Positions 7,821 through 16,288 of a stretch of DNA of 51,259 nt are shown piece after piece (within the stretch, counting starts at the first letter, position 1; each line of letters opens with the position of its first letter). Under the pieces are notes generated by a model. The model was not told the DNA's origin, did not search any database, and saw nothing but the letters and a program-made list of their open reading frames with translations. This DNA is from Pseudomonadota bacterium (lineage in GTDB: Bacteria > UBA10199 > 2-02-FULL-44-16 > JBDRGF01), in contig JBDRGF010000122.1 of assembly GCA_043818055.1 (NCBI GenBank), positions 1-51,259 on the forward strand. Direction: 5' to 3'. A program made the translations under genes and the position numbers.

Positions 7821-10013
7821 TCATCCGATCAATCTGTCAATTGTATCCATGAGATTAGTTTGATCAAAGGAACCCTTTACAATATAAGCAGATCCTCCGG
7901 CTTCAATTCCTCTTTTTTTGTCTTCATTTTTTTCAAGCGCTGTGACAAATATAATAGGTATATTTTCATCTCTTTTGTTCTTCCTGATCAATGCACATAG
8001 CTCAAAGCCGTTCATCCTTGGCATCAATATGTCCGTGATGATTAGATCAAATGACTCGTCATTGAACTTATCCATAGCATCCATTCCATCGATTGCGGCT
8101 GTGACTTCGAATCCCTTTGTTTTAAGGATTGTACTCATGAGTTGTCTTGTGGAGAGTACGTTTTCGACAATGAGTATTCTTTTGCCCTGCCTCAACTTGC
8201 TTTGCAAAGGCTTCTTCTCAAGTAGAGCAGGATGGCACATATCACTTCGCCTGATTAAATCTCCTACATCCAAAATTACAATGACATCTCCCGTACCCAA
8301 TATTGCAGCTCCGGCAACATTATCAACCTTCCCAAGATGAGGGCCCAGGCTCTTTATAAAAATCTCCTCCTCACCGCAGATTTCGTCGACTATAAATCCA
8401 ACCTCTTTATCAAGCGAGGATGTAATTATAATATTAGCCTCATCTGAATTACCTTTTTCAGTTTTTTCATTCTCTTTTGGCAATGCGAGAATATCTCTTA
8501 AATTAGCAAGCGGCAGCAGGCGGTCTCTGATGCTTACTGCCATTTTGCCTTCCAGATGTGACATCTCACTTAGTTTAATTTTCAGACATTCGTTGACAGA
8601 ATACATTGGGACGCCAAAGATCAATCCCCCTGATTTGACCAGAAGAACCTGGATGATAGCTATCGTTAACGGCAAAACAATTTTGAATGCCGTGCCCTCA
8701 TCTTTTACTGAATCAAGTATGATCTGTCCTTTCAACAGTTCAATCTCTCTTTTGGCTATATCAAGACCGATTCCTCGTCCTGATACATCAGTAATGATTG
8801 GGCTGGTGGAAAAACCATCCATAAAGACCATATTGACAATCTCTTTCCCGGTCATCTCACTTAACTTGTCATTGGAAATGAGATTTTTTTGGATGAGAAT
8901 GTTTTTGATATTTTCCGGATCTATCCCTGACCCATCATCCTTTATTTCTATCAAGACATTTCCGGCCTGATGATAGGCATGAATAGTGATGTTGCCTGAT
9001 TTGGGTTTGCTTTTTTTTAGCCTTACATCAGAAGATTCAATGCCGTGATCTATACAGTTGCGCACAATATGCATGATGGGAGTCTTAATACCCTCCAGAA
9101 CTTTTTTATCGAGTTCTGTCTCCTCTCCAATGATATTGAGATTTACCTCTTTTTCTTCCTGAGTTGCAATATCCCTGACCATTCGGGGGTAATTTTGAAA
9201 AATAGTGGAAAGCGGCAACATCCTCAGCTTCTTCGTTTCACTCTGAAGCTCTTCTACTACGGGTTCCAACTGAAGAACATCTATGGATATTTCGTCATAA
9301 AGGGTCGTTGAAACATCTTTGAGTTTAAAAAGTTTCGATGTGCACTGACTTAGTATATTCATAATCTCAGAATCAGCAGGAATATCAAAGGCGTTGAGTT
9401 TGTCGGTTAAAGTGATTATGTTCTTTGATAAATCGGAGGAGAGTTGTGAGGCCTTTTTTGCATGTGATAATCTATGAGGATTGCGCATCTTATTTATCAC
9501 CAGCTCCCCAACCAGATTGAGCAACATTCCAACTCTTGATGAGGGGATTCGTATATAATCATCAATTCCCCCTTCAGAGACTTTCTCTTTGGTCATTTCC
9601 GTGGCTGGAATATTTTTTTTGAGCTTTCCTTTGCTGGGAGTGTTTTTTTCTGCAAGGCAGGAATCAAGCAATGAAAATGTTTCAGTGATGTCTATCTCTT
9701 TGTCGACTAGTGTATTCCTGATCACATCAAGGGAAGCAAAAATTGCATTTGCTATCTTCGGGGAAAATTTTATTTTCTTATTTAAAAGTTTTTCAAAAAT
9801 ATCTTCAATTTTGTGTGCAACATCCTGAATCTTGTTATATCCAAATACTCTCGCAGAGCCCTTCACTGTATGCGCAATTCTGTTCATCTCCTTGACGAGC
9901 CTGAGATCTGCCGGCTTTTTCTCGAGTTTGACCAGGGCGCGGTCGAGTATTGTAAGGTTATCTTCAATCTCAGCCCTGAATATCGCTATCAGATCTTTAC
10001 TGATTTCTGTCAT
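7821..10013 (-). CDS. cheA: Hybrid CheA histidine kinase (Hpt-dimer-HATPase-CheW-REC; WspE-like)
   Basis: RIAHTVKGSAR (Hpt His), HIVRNCIDHGIE, DDGSGID, SGRGIGLD, a CheW domain and C-terminal REC (ITDILMP). I moved the start to ATG 10013 (RBS AGAGGAA) because the longer ORF's 5' extension is repeat-derived. Confidence 0.93.
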   Translation of the reverse strand: MTEISKDLIAIFRAEIEDNLTILDRALVKLEKKPADLRLVKEMNRIAHTVKGSARVFGYNKIQDVAHKIEDIFEKLLNKKIKFSPKIANAIFASLDVIRNTLVDKEIDITETFSLLDSCLAEKNTPSKGKLKKNIPATEMTKEKVSEGGIDDYIRIPSSRVGMLLNLVGELVINKMRNPHRLSHAKKASQLSSDLSKNIITLTDKLNAFDIPADSEIMNILSQCTSKLFKLKDVSTTLYDEISIDVLQLEPVVEELQSETKKLRMLPLSTIFQNYPRMVRDIATQEEKEVNLNIIGEETELDKKVLEGIKTPIMHIVRNCIDHGIESSDVRLKKSKPKSGNITIHAYHQAGNVLIEIKDDGSGIDPENIKNILIQKNLISNDKLSEMTGKEIVNMVFMDGFSTSPIITDVSGRGIGLDIAKREIELLKGQIILDSVKDEGTAFKIVLPLTIAIIQVLLVKSGGLIFGVPMYSVNECLKIKLSEMSHLEGKMAVSIRDRLLPLANLRDILALPKENEKTEKGNSDEANIIITSSLDKEVGFIVDEICGEEEIFIKSLGPHLGKVDNVAGAAILGTGDVIVILDVGDLIRRSDMCHPALLEKKPLQSKLRQGKRILIVENVLSTRQLMSTILKTKGFEVTAAIDGMDAMDKFNDESFDLIITDILMPRMNGFELCALIRKNKRDENIPIIFVTALEKNEDKKRGIEAGGSAYIVKGSFDQTNLMDTIDRLIG

Positions 10014-10028
10014 TGGATATTTCCTCTG

Positions 10029-10113
10029 TGTCATTCTGAGCGACTGGCCGGCAGGAGCGAAGAATCTTGTTATTCCGAACACTCAAGATCCTTCGCTAAA
10101 GCTCAGGATGACA
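10029..10113. repeat. TGTC/CGTC-type palindromic repeat
   Basis: TGTCATTCTGAGCG...GCGAAGAATCTTG...CAAGATCCTTCGC...GCTCAGGATGACA, the same family as the core of the elements at 1151-1222 and 1571-1642. Confidence 0.8.
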
Positions 10114-10146
10114 AAAAAAGTAAATTCACTAACAGCCAAAAAATAC

Positions 10147-11577
10147 CTACAGCCTAAACTCCCTAACCGAGTTGTTCATATCTTCGGATAACTTGATCAG
10201 ATCGTTGGATGAAACAAAAGATTGTTTTGTTGATACGACAAACTGATGGGTGACAGCGTCGATGTTCTGCATCGCAGTTACTACCTGATCCGAGGCGCTT
10301 TTTTGTTGCTGGGTTGCCAGGGAGATATCTTTAGCGGCATTTGTGGTCTCCTCAACCATCTCCAGGCCCTTTCCCACCCATTTGGTTGACTCTTCAATTC
10401 CCATTATGGTCAAATTAGTCTCAGACTGCATTTCATTGATCACATTTCGAATCATCTCAGTTGATTCCGAAGACCTCTCAGCTAACTTTCTTACCTCCTG
10501 TGCAACGACTGCGAAACCACGCCCTGCCTCGCCTGCTCTCGCCGCTTCTATCGCGGCATTCAGAGCCAATAGATTTGTCTGCTCTGAAATATCATCAATG
10601 ATCCTTGTGATATTTCCAATCGACTGCGATTTTTCAGCAAGTGAGAGGATCTTTTTGGCAGTTTCATCAACCTTGTCGTTTATCGAATGCATTCCGGTTA
10701 AAGTTCTGTCCGCAATATCAGCCACACTTCCAGCCTTTAGGGCGATCTGGGACGCGGTGGATGCGAGCTCTTTGATGGTAGAAGAAACCTCTGCAACAGC
10801 TGATGACTGGACATTGGCCCCGCTCGTCTCCTGTTCCGCGTTCTTTCGTATCTCTTCACATGCCGCATTGAGATGCAGGCTGGCATCCCGCACCTTTTGC
10901 ATAAGCGAGCTTAACTTTTCAATGGTTTGATTGATCATGAACCCAAGTTTATTTAATATTTCAGTAGTAAAAGAAAAATTTGTCCTTACGGAAGAATCGC
11001 CCTGTGAAAAACGACTCAGGACCTCAAATCCCTCTGATAATCCCAATGCAAGTTCCATCGAGATATTCTCGACCTCAGTTTTCTGGGCAGCAGCAAGGTT
11101 GATCATGGCATCAAACTGATCGGAGAGGTGATCGATATCATCCCCTGAGTGTTTCAGATAGAGGATGCAATCCTTACAGTTTCCGATCTTATGGGCATAT
11201 TCGCCCTGAACGCCATCCCCACAGAGCGTACCTGCAATATACCAGCATTTGACGCCTAATTTGCCAAATGCAGGGCAGGATTCTTTATTGCAGTTTTGCT
11301 CCTTCCAACACTCAAATCCCTTTCTCAACGATTTGGTTTGTGAAAAATTCCCGCTGATTAAAACTTCGTCGATGGCCTCTGTTACTCCGTTGATGCGCTT
11401 TGAAAACTTTTTAAAAATAAGAATTGAGAAAAAAAGTGTAAAAACCAAGCCCAGACCTAACAAGAGAAGAACATCCAGATGAGGAGTGCGAAAATATTCC
11501 AATATAGCAATAAAAATAAGAAAGCTTAGCGGAACAGAGTAACCAACAGCAATGCTTTTACCATAACTCAATTTCAT
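10147..11577 (-). CDS. Methyl-accepting chemotaxis protein with a cytoplasmic Cys-rich two-CW domain
   Basis: Two N-terminal TM helices with a very short loop, then CWKEQNC...CPA...CWYIAGTLC...CKDC, then the signalling hairpin [37 protein letters not shown]. Confidence 0.92.
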   Translation of the reverse strand: MKLSYGKSIAVGYSVPLSFLIFIAILEYFRTPHLDVLLLLGLGLVFTLFFSILIFKKFSKRINGVTEAIDEVLISGNFSQTKSLRKGFECWKEQNCNKESCPAFGKLGVKCWYIAGTLCGDGVQGEYAHKIGNCKDCILYLKHSGDDIDHLSDQFDAMINLAAAQKTEVENISMELALGLSEGFEVLSRFSQGDSSVRTNFSFTTEILNKLGFMINQTIEKLSSLMQKVRDASLHLNAACEEIRKNAEQETSGANVQSSAVAEVSSTIKELASTASQIALKAGSVADIADRTLTGMHSINDKVDETAKKILSLAEKSQSIGNITRIIDDISEQTNLLALNAAIEAARAGEAGRGFAVVAQEVRKLAERSSESTEMIRNVINEMQSETNLTIMGIEESTKWVGKGLEMVEETTNAAKDISLATQQQKSASDQVVTAMQNIDAVTHQFVVSTKQSFVSSNDLIKLSEDMNNSVREFRL

Positions 11578-11589
11578 CTAATCCCCCCT

Positions 11590-12075
11590 TCAAACCTGAT
11601 CAAAGATCTTTTTTATAGACAACATTCCGATCAACTTATTTTCAAAATTGCAAACCCCTGTGAAATATTCAGCCCTCTCAGGGGCTATCGTCAGCAAAAC
11701 CGGCTCAGTTAAACTTTTAGGTATAGCTTCTACCCGTAAAACCTCATCTACGAGAAGAGCTGTCTCTTTTTCACCCAACTCAATGACGACAAGTCTTGAG
11801 TCTTCTGTTAACTGCTCACTTTCCAAGCTTAACGCTTGCCTGATATCAGTAACCGACAGAATATTACCTTTTAAACTGATAATGCCCGCAATATTTTTTG
11901 GAGCCGAGGGCAAAAAAGTTATTTTATCTATGGTGATGATCTGTTTTACATCTAAAATATCAACGCCGAACCACTCATTTGCTAATCTGAATAATGCAAG
12001 TTCCACACATTCTTCTTTTACAGAATCATCTTTATAAAAATCATCTTCATGTATAGTTATCTTTTCTTCTTTCAT
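11590..12075 (-). CDS. cheW: CheW coupling protein
   Basis: FRLANEWFGVDI..V..I....IT.LPSAP..IAGIISLKG...LLVDEV. Confidence 0.9.
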   Translation of the reverse strand: MKEEKITIHEDDFYKDDSVKEECVELALFRLANEWFGVDILDVKQIITIDKITFLPSAPKNIAGIISLKGNILSVTDIRQALSLESEQLTEDSRLVVIELGEKETALLVDEVLRVEAIPKSLTEPVLLTIAPERAEYFTGVCNFENKLIGMLSIKKIFDQV

Positions 12076-12114
12076 GTTAATTCTAGATTCTCTTTAAATA
12101 TGTTTGTAAATGTC

Positions 12115-12477
12115 TTAATTAATATAGCCTTTTATTTTTTTAGCCAATTCCTTCCCTTCACAGGGAAGAGTTATAAACCCTTCAGCACCGGTAGTATTTA
12201 TAATATTTTTTAGTTCACTTTCCTCTTTGGCCGACATGAATAGGACTGGAATCGCTTTGGTCTCTTTGAATTTTTTTAGCTCTGCAAAAACTTTAGTGCC
12301 ATCAATTCCCGGAAGGAGAAAATCAAGGAGGATAAGCTGGTATTTTCCCGTTTTGGCCATCTTCAGGCCATCCTCACCTGTCTCAGCAAGGTCGATTTCG
12401 AAACCTTCAGGCTCTAATCTTGATTTTAAGAGAAAATTTATCGACGGGCTATCCTGAATTATTAGCAATTTATACAT
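12115..12477 (-). CDS. Single-domain response regulator (CheY-like, atypical)
   Basis: REC fold pattern LLIIQDS...LILLDFLLPGIDG...IPVLFMSA...FITLP, with RBS AAGGAGG upstream. Confidence 0.88.
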   Translation of the reverse strand: MYKLLIIQDSPSINFLLKSRLEPEGFEIDLAETGEDGLKMAKTGKYQLILLDFLLPGIDGTKVFAELKKFKETKAIPVLFMSAKEESELKNIINTTGAEGFITLPCEGKELAKKIKGYIN

Positions 12478-12502
12478 GCTACCTCCTTAAGTGAAAGAAT
12501 TT

Positions 12503-12531
12503 ATCATAAATCTCATAATGTTAACAGTAAA
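12503..12531 (-). promoter_or_regulatory. Putative sigma70 promoter of the chemosensory operon
   Basis: Minus strand TTTACT-N17-TATGAT, about 25 nt upstream of the REC gene start. Confidence 0.5.
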
Positions 12532-12566
12532 AAGTGACTTTAAATCCTTCCGCCCAAAAGCACTCA

Positions 12567-12692
12567 CCCCCATCCGCCCTGCGGGCACCTTCCCCCGTCA
12601 AGAGGGGGAAGGGCACAGAGGAAAATGTCATTGGGGGCACCTTCTCCCGTCTCAGCCAGAGGCTGATCCGCTTTTGCGGAAAGGGTGAAGGG
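12567..12692. repeat. GC-rich palindromic intergenic repeat (CCCCCATCCGCCCTGCGGGCACCTTCCCCC...GGGGGAAGGG type), partly duplicated
   Basis: Two CACCTTC(T/C)CCCGTC...GGG(G/T)GAAGGGCA hairpin units just downstream of recG. Confidence 0.6.
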
Positions 12693-12705
12693 CATAGTGG
12701 AAAGG

Positions 12706-14811
12706 TCATCCCACTTCAGCTAAATTGAGGTTCCCCTTCCATCTGATCTTCAGGGTTTCCCGGATCTTATGATGGTCGGGGTGCGCTAGATGGGGGTCTT
12801 TATCAAGAATTTTTTGTGATGCCTCTTTTGCCGCGTTCAAAATCAGGCCGTCAAGGGTAAGGTTTGCCACCCTGAATGCAGGAAGACCAGACTGGCGTGT
12901 GCCGATGAATTCGCCCGGGCCTCTGATCTTCAGGTCCTCTTCAGCTATACGAAAACCGTCGTTCGAATCTATCATCACTTTTAAACGCTGTCTGGCTACC
13001 TCGGATTGTCTGTAATCGGTCATGAAGATGCAGTAAGACTGTTCATCACCACGACCTACCCTCCCTCTCAATTGATGGAGTTGTGAGAGGCCAAAACGCT
13101 CGGCGTGCTCGATTATCATAGCGGTTGCGTTTGCTACATCCACCCCAACCTCGACAACTGTAGTCGTTACCAATACATCGATCTTTCCATCGGCAAAACT
13201 TTGCATTGTCTCATCTTTGAGTTCCCCCTTCATCCTTCCATGCAAAAGATCAACATTGTATCTCGGTGCAAAATGTTGTTTCAAGCTGTCGCAGACGATA
13301 GTAGCTGCTTTTAAATCGACCTTTTCGGATTCTTCTATAAGTGGGCAGACCACATAGATCTGTCTCCCTTGTTTTAAAATCTTCTCCATCCCCTGCAAAA
13401 GCCTCGATCTCTGATTCTCTGAATACAGCTTTGAGATGATAGGCGTTCTCCCCTTGGGGAGCTCATCGATTATCGAGATATCCAGGTCGCCATACAAGGT
13501 CATGGCAAGCGTTCTGGGGATCGGTGTGGCAGTCATGATGAGCGTATGCGGAAATATTCCTTTATCCTTCAGCGCCGCTCTTTGTCTCACTCCAAAGCGA
13601 TGTTGCTCATCGATGATGATAAATCCGAGTTTAGAAAAATCGACGCTTTCCTGTATCAGGGCGTGTGTTCCGATGATGAATGAAGTCTCACCGCTTTTAA
13701 TTTTGTCCCTGATATCCCTCTTTTCACCCTCCTTCACAGAGCCCGTTAAGAGTGTTACTCCGAATGGGAGATCCTTTTTGAATTTTTCTATAGTTCTGTA
13801 GTGCTGGTTGGCAAGAATTTCAGTCGGTGCCATGAGGGCAACCTGATAACCCGCATCTATCACTTGCAACGCGGCGATGAGGGAGACTATCGTCTTTCCG
13901 CTTCCCACATCTCCCTGCAGGAGCCTGTTCATAGGTCGTGATCTCGCAAGATCATTTCTCAATTCCTCTATCACCCTTTTCTGTGCGTTCGTCAGCTCAA
14001 ATGGAAGGGTTGATATAAATTCATCGTGAAGGTTTTTTGACCTCGGAAAGCTTACGGTCTCTATCATCTGAACGTAGCTTTTTTTAAGCGATAACCCAAG
14101 TTGGACGAAAAAGAACTCATCGAAGATCAGAGATTTCCAGACGTGAGAATTTCGGTCTTCAAGAAGTTTTATATCGGTATCATTTGAAGGGTAATGAAGC
14201 TGCTCGAGCGATTCCCGCGGATGAAGCAGATCATATTCATCTATCAATTGAGAGGGGAAATGAGGTTCTACATATTGAGAATATTTCTCCCAGGCATTAT
14301 GTATGATCTTCCTGATCTGGCGCTGCGAGAGACCTTCTGTTGCCGGATAGACCGGGAGTATTTTGCCTGAAATATTTGAATCGGGTGGAATCTCGTAGCC
14401 CTGTGAACTTTCAGTCTCAGGGTGAACTATCTGAGGGATGTTTCTGAAAAATGAGACCTCGCCTGAAACTATGAACTGAGCTCCTATTTTAAAACGGGCT
14501 TCATAAGACTTTTGCTGAAAGCGGAACCACTTTAGCGAGATGAAGCCTGTGTCATCTGAGAGAATGACTTCGAAAATCCTCTTTCTGCCGCCAAGGAACG
14601 CAACTCCCGAGCGTATCACCTTACCAGAGATAGTCCTGTCCTTCCCCTCGATTAGATCAGAGATTTTCGATATCACCCTTCTGTCGATAAATTTTACAGG
14701 AAGAAAAGAGAGTAAATCCGCTACAGTGATAATCCCCAGACGCTCTAATTTAACAGCAACAGCCGGTCCAACTCCTTTGACAAATTGGACCGGCGTTGAA
14801 AGAGAATTCAC
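12706..14811 (-). CDS. recG: ATP-dependent DNA helicase RecG
   Basis: LLQGDVGSGKT, MAPTEILA.QH, IIDEQHRFGV, MTATPIPRTL, TTVVEVGVDV, ERFGLSQLHQLRGRVGRG and DLKIRGPGE. I moved the start to GTG 14811 to remove the 100 nt overlap with the OmpA gene. Confidence 0.96.
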   Translation of the reverse strand: MNSLSTPVQFVKGVGPAVAVKLERLGIITVADLLSFLPVKFIDRRVISKISDLIEGKDRTISGKVIRSGVAFLGGRKRIFEVILSDDTGFISLKWFRFQQKSYEARFKIGAQFIVSGEVSFFRNIPQIVHPETESSQGYEIPPDSNISGKILPVYPATEGLSQRQIRKIIHNAWEKYSQYVEPHFPSQLIDEYDLLHPRESLEQLHYPSNDTDIKLLEDRNSHVWKSLIFDEFFFVQLGLSLKKSYVQMIETVSFPRSKNLHDEFISTLPFELTNAQKRVIEELRNDLARSRPMNRLLQGDVGSGKTIVSLIAALQVIDAGYQVALMAPTEILANQHYRTIEKFKKDLPFGVTLLTGSVKEGEKRDIRDKIKSGETSFIIGTHALIQESVDFSKLGFIIIDEQHRFGVRQRAALKDKGIFPHTLIMTATPIPRTLAMTLYGDLDISIIDELPKGRTPIISKLYSENQRSRLLQGMEKILKQGRQIYVVCPLIEESEKVDLKAATIVCDSLKQHFAPRYNVDLLHGRMKGELKDETMQSFADGKIDVLVTTTVVEVGVDVANATAMIIEHAERFGLSQLHQLRGRVGRGDEQSYCIFMTDYRQSEVARQRLKVMIDSNDGFRIAEEDLKIRGPGEFIGTRQSGLPAFRVANLTLDGLILNAAKEASQKILDKDPHLAHPDHHKIRETLKIRWKGNLNLAEVG

Positions 14812-14824
14812 GCTAGCGCATGAA

Positions 14825-16138
14825 TTACTGAATGACTGTGAATTCAACACGACGATTTTTTGCACGTCCCATTGTTGTATTGTTATCGGCGATCGGATTC
14901 GACTCACCATATCCGACTGCTTCAAGCCGGTCAGGTTCTACGCCTTGCTGTACAAGGTATTGCCTGACTGAATCTGCACGTCTCTCGGAGAGCTTCTGGT
15001 TATATTCTGTAGGACCAATCCAGTCGGTGTGACCCCCGATCCTGATCTTCTTGAGCTGTGGATTCTGCTTTAGGATATTAGCAACGTCGTTGAGGATCGG
15101 ATAGGAGATCGGACGAATGACAGCCCTGTCAAATTCGAAGTGAATCTTCTGTGTGATGACAATCTTCTCTTCTACAACTGCTTCAACCTCAACTGGCTTC
15201 ACAGGTGGCGGTGTACGTTCGTGTCTAAAATTGACACCGAGCATTGCTCTCCAGTCGGGGGAACCGACGCCGTTCGTGATGCCTCTTCCGCCGGCAAGGG
15301 TTAAATTCAGGCCTTTTGCAGCTTGAGGTGTAAATTTCACGCCAGCAAGAAATTCCCAAGGCGTCTGGAGTTGTTTTTTAAATGCATTTTTTGCAACTGT
15401 CTCGGCCCACATTTCGCCAACTACTGCCCAGTCATCTGTGATCCTGACGTTTGCACCACCACCGATTCCAATCGTATCATCTATTATCGCATCGGTGTTG
15501 TTGCCATCCCATTGTGTGTTGGCGTAATTTCTGTAAGTGGCGTTCAATGTCAGGAATACGCGATTTGCGATATCGGTGTCGAAGACGAGTGTTGCGCCCG
15601 GTGACCACATGCCGTTACCTAAGAAATACTGCTCCTTGCCATTTGGAAAATAGAAGAAAGGAACCAAAGATAAACCGACATGGTATCTGTCGATATCGAG
15701 AAAACGGATCTTCGTTTCAACCCTTAAATCAGCCATCTTGAATTTTAAAGACTGTTTAGTGACTGCGGCAGGTGCAACGCTCGGATCATAAAATGTCATA
15801 TAGGAGACCATGGGGAAATCAAAACCGAGTGACCACCAATCGGTGAAGGCAAAAGCCGCAGTAACGTGATGGGTGATCATATTGTCGATGATGCCGGATC
15901 TTCTTCTGTTCAGGGCATCCTGATATTCGAGTGGGTTTTTTGCGAAATCAGATGTCAAACCGACATTGAAACCGAATTGTTTTAAAGTTTTCGACTGCTG
16001 CAATGTGATATACTTTCCACCATCACTTGGCGGGGAATATGTGATCACATCGACATTGTGTCTGGCCTGAGCTAATGAGCTAATAAGCATCACAGGCAGA
16101 AGAATAAGAACACTTAAATAAAATCTTAGCTTTTTCAT
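14825..16138 (-). CDS. OmpA-family outer membrane protein (signal peptide, beta-barrel-like N-domain, peptidoglycan-binding C-domain)
   Basis: Signal peptide ending AQA, and C-terminal IHFEFDRA...GHTD...YNQKLSERRA..V..YL...GYGE..P...N....GRAKNRRVEF. Confidence 0.92.
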   Translation of the reverse strand: MKKLRFYLSVLILLPVMLISSLAQARHNVDVITYSPPSDGGKYITLQQSKTLKQFGFNVGLTSDFAKNPLEYQDALNRRRSGIIDNMITHHVTAAFAFTDWWSLGFDFPMVSYMTFYDPSVAPAAVTKQSLKFKMADLRVETKIRFLDIDRYHVGLSLVPFFYFPNGKEQYFLGNGMWSPGATLVFDTDIANRVFLTLNATYRNYANTQWDGNNTDAIIDDTIGIGGGANVRITDDWAVVGEMWAETVAKNAFKKQLQTPWEFLAGVKFTPQAAKGLNLTLAGGRGITNGVGSPDWRAMLGVNFRHERTPPPVKPVEVEAVVEEKIVITQKIHFEFDRAVIRPISYPILNDVANILKQNPQLKKIRIGGHTDWIGPTEYNQKLSERRADSVRQYLVQQGVEPDRLEAVGYGESNPIADNNTTMGRAKNRRVEFTVIQ

Positions 16139-16186
16139 ACGTTTATCCCCACTTTGGTTAGTACGGTTTGAATATAAGATTCTCGT

Positions 16187-16214
16187 ATAATATTGAAATT
16201 ATGAGAAAAGTCAA
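16187..16214 (-). promoter_or_regulatory. Putative sigma70 promoter of the OmpA gene
   Basis: Minus strand TTGACT-N16-TATTAT. Confidence 0.45.
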
Positions 16215-16220
16215 AATAAA

Positions 16221-16280
16221 TGTAGGGGCAGGCCCCCGTGCCTGCCCGTTGAAGGGCAACCACAGGGGGTTGCCCCTACA
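16221..16280. repeat. GTAG-type REP dimer
   Basis: TGTAGGGGCAGGCCCCCGTGCCTGCCC...GGGCAACCACAGGGGGTTGCCCCTACA. Confidence 0.85.
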
Positions 16281-16288
16281 AAAACATT

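Noticed and set aside
10014..10082. N-terminal extensions of cheA, and likewise recG (14812-14925), lysC (37261-37302) and glmM (43329-43382)
   Set aside because: They derive from repeats or overlap a neighbouring gene. Downstream starts fit the family N-termini better.
12491..12728. Short ORFs between recG and the REC gene
   Set aside because: They are translations of a GC-rich palindromic repeat, open on both strands, with no coding signal.
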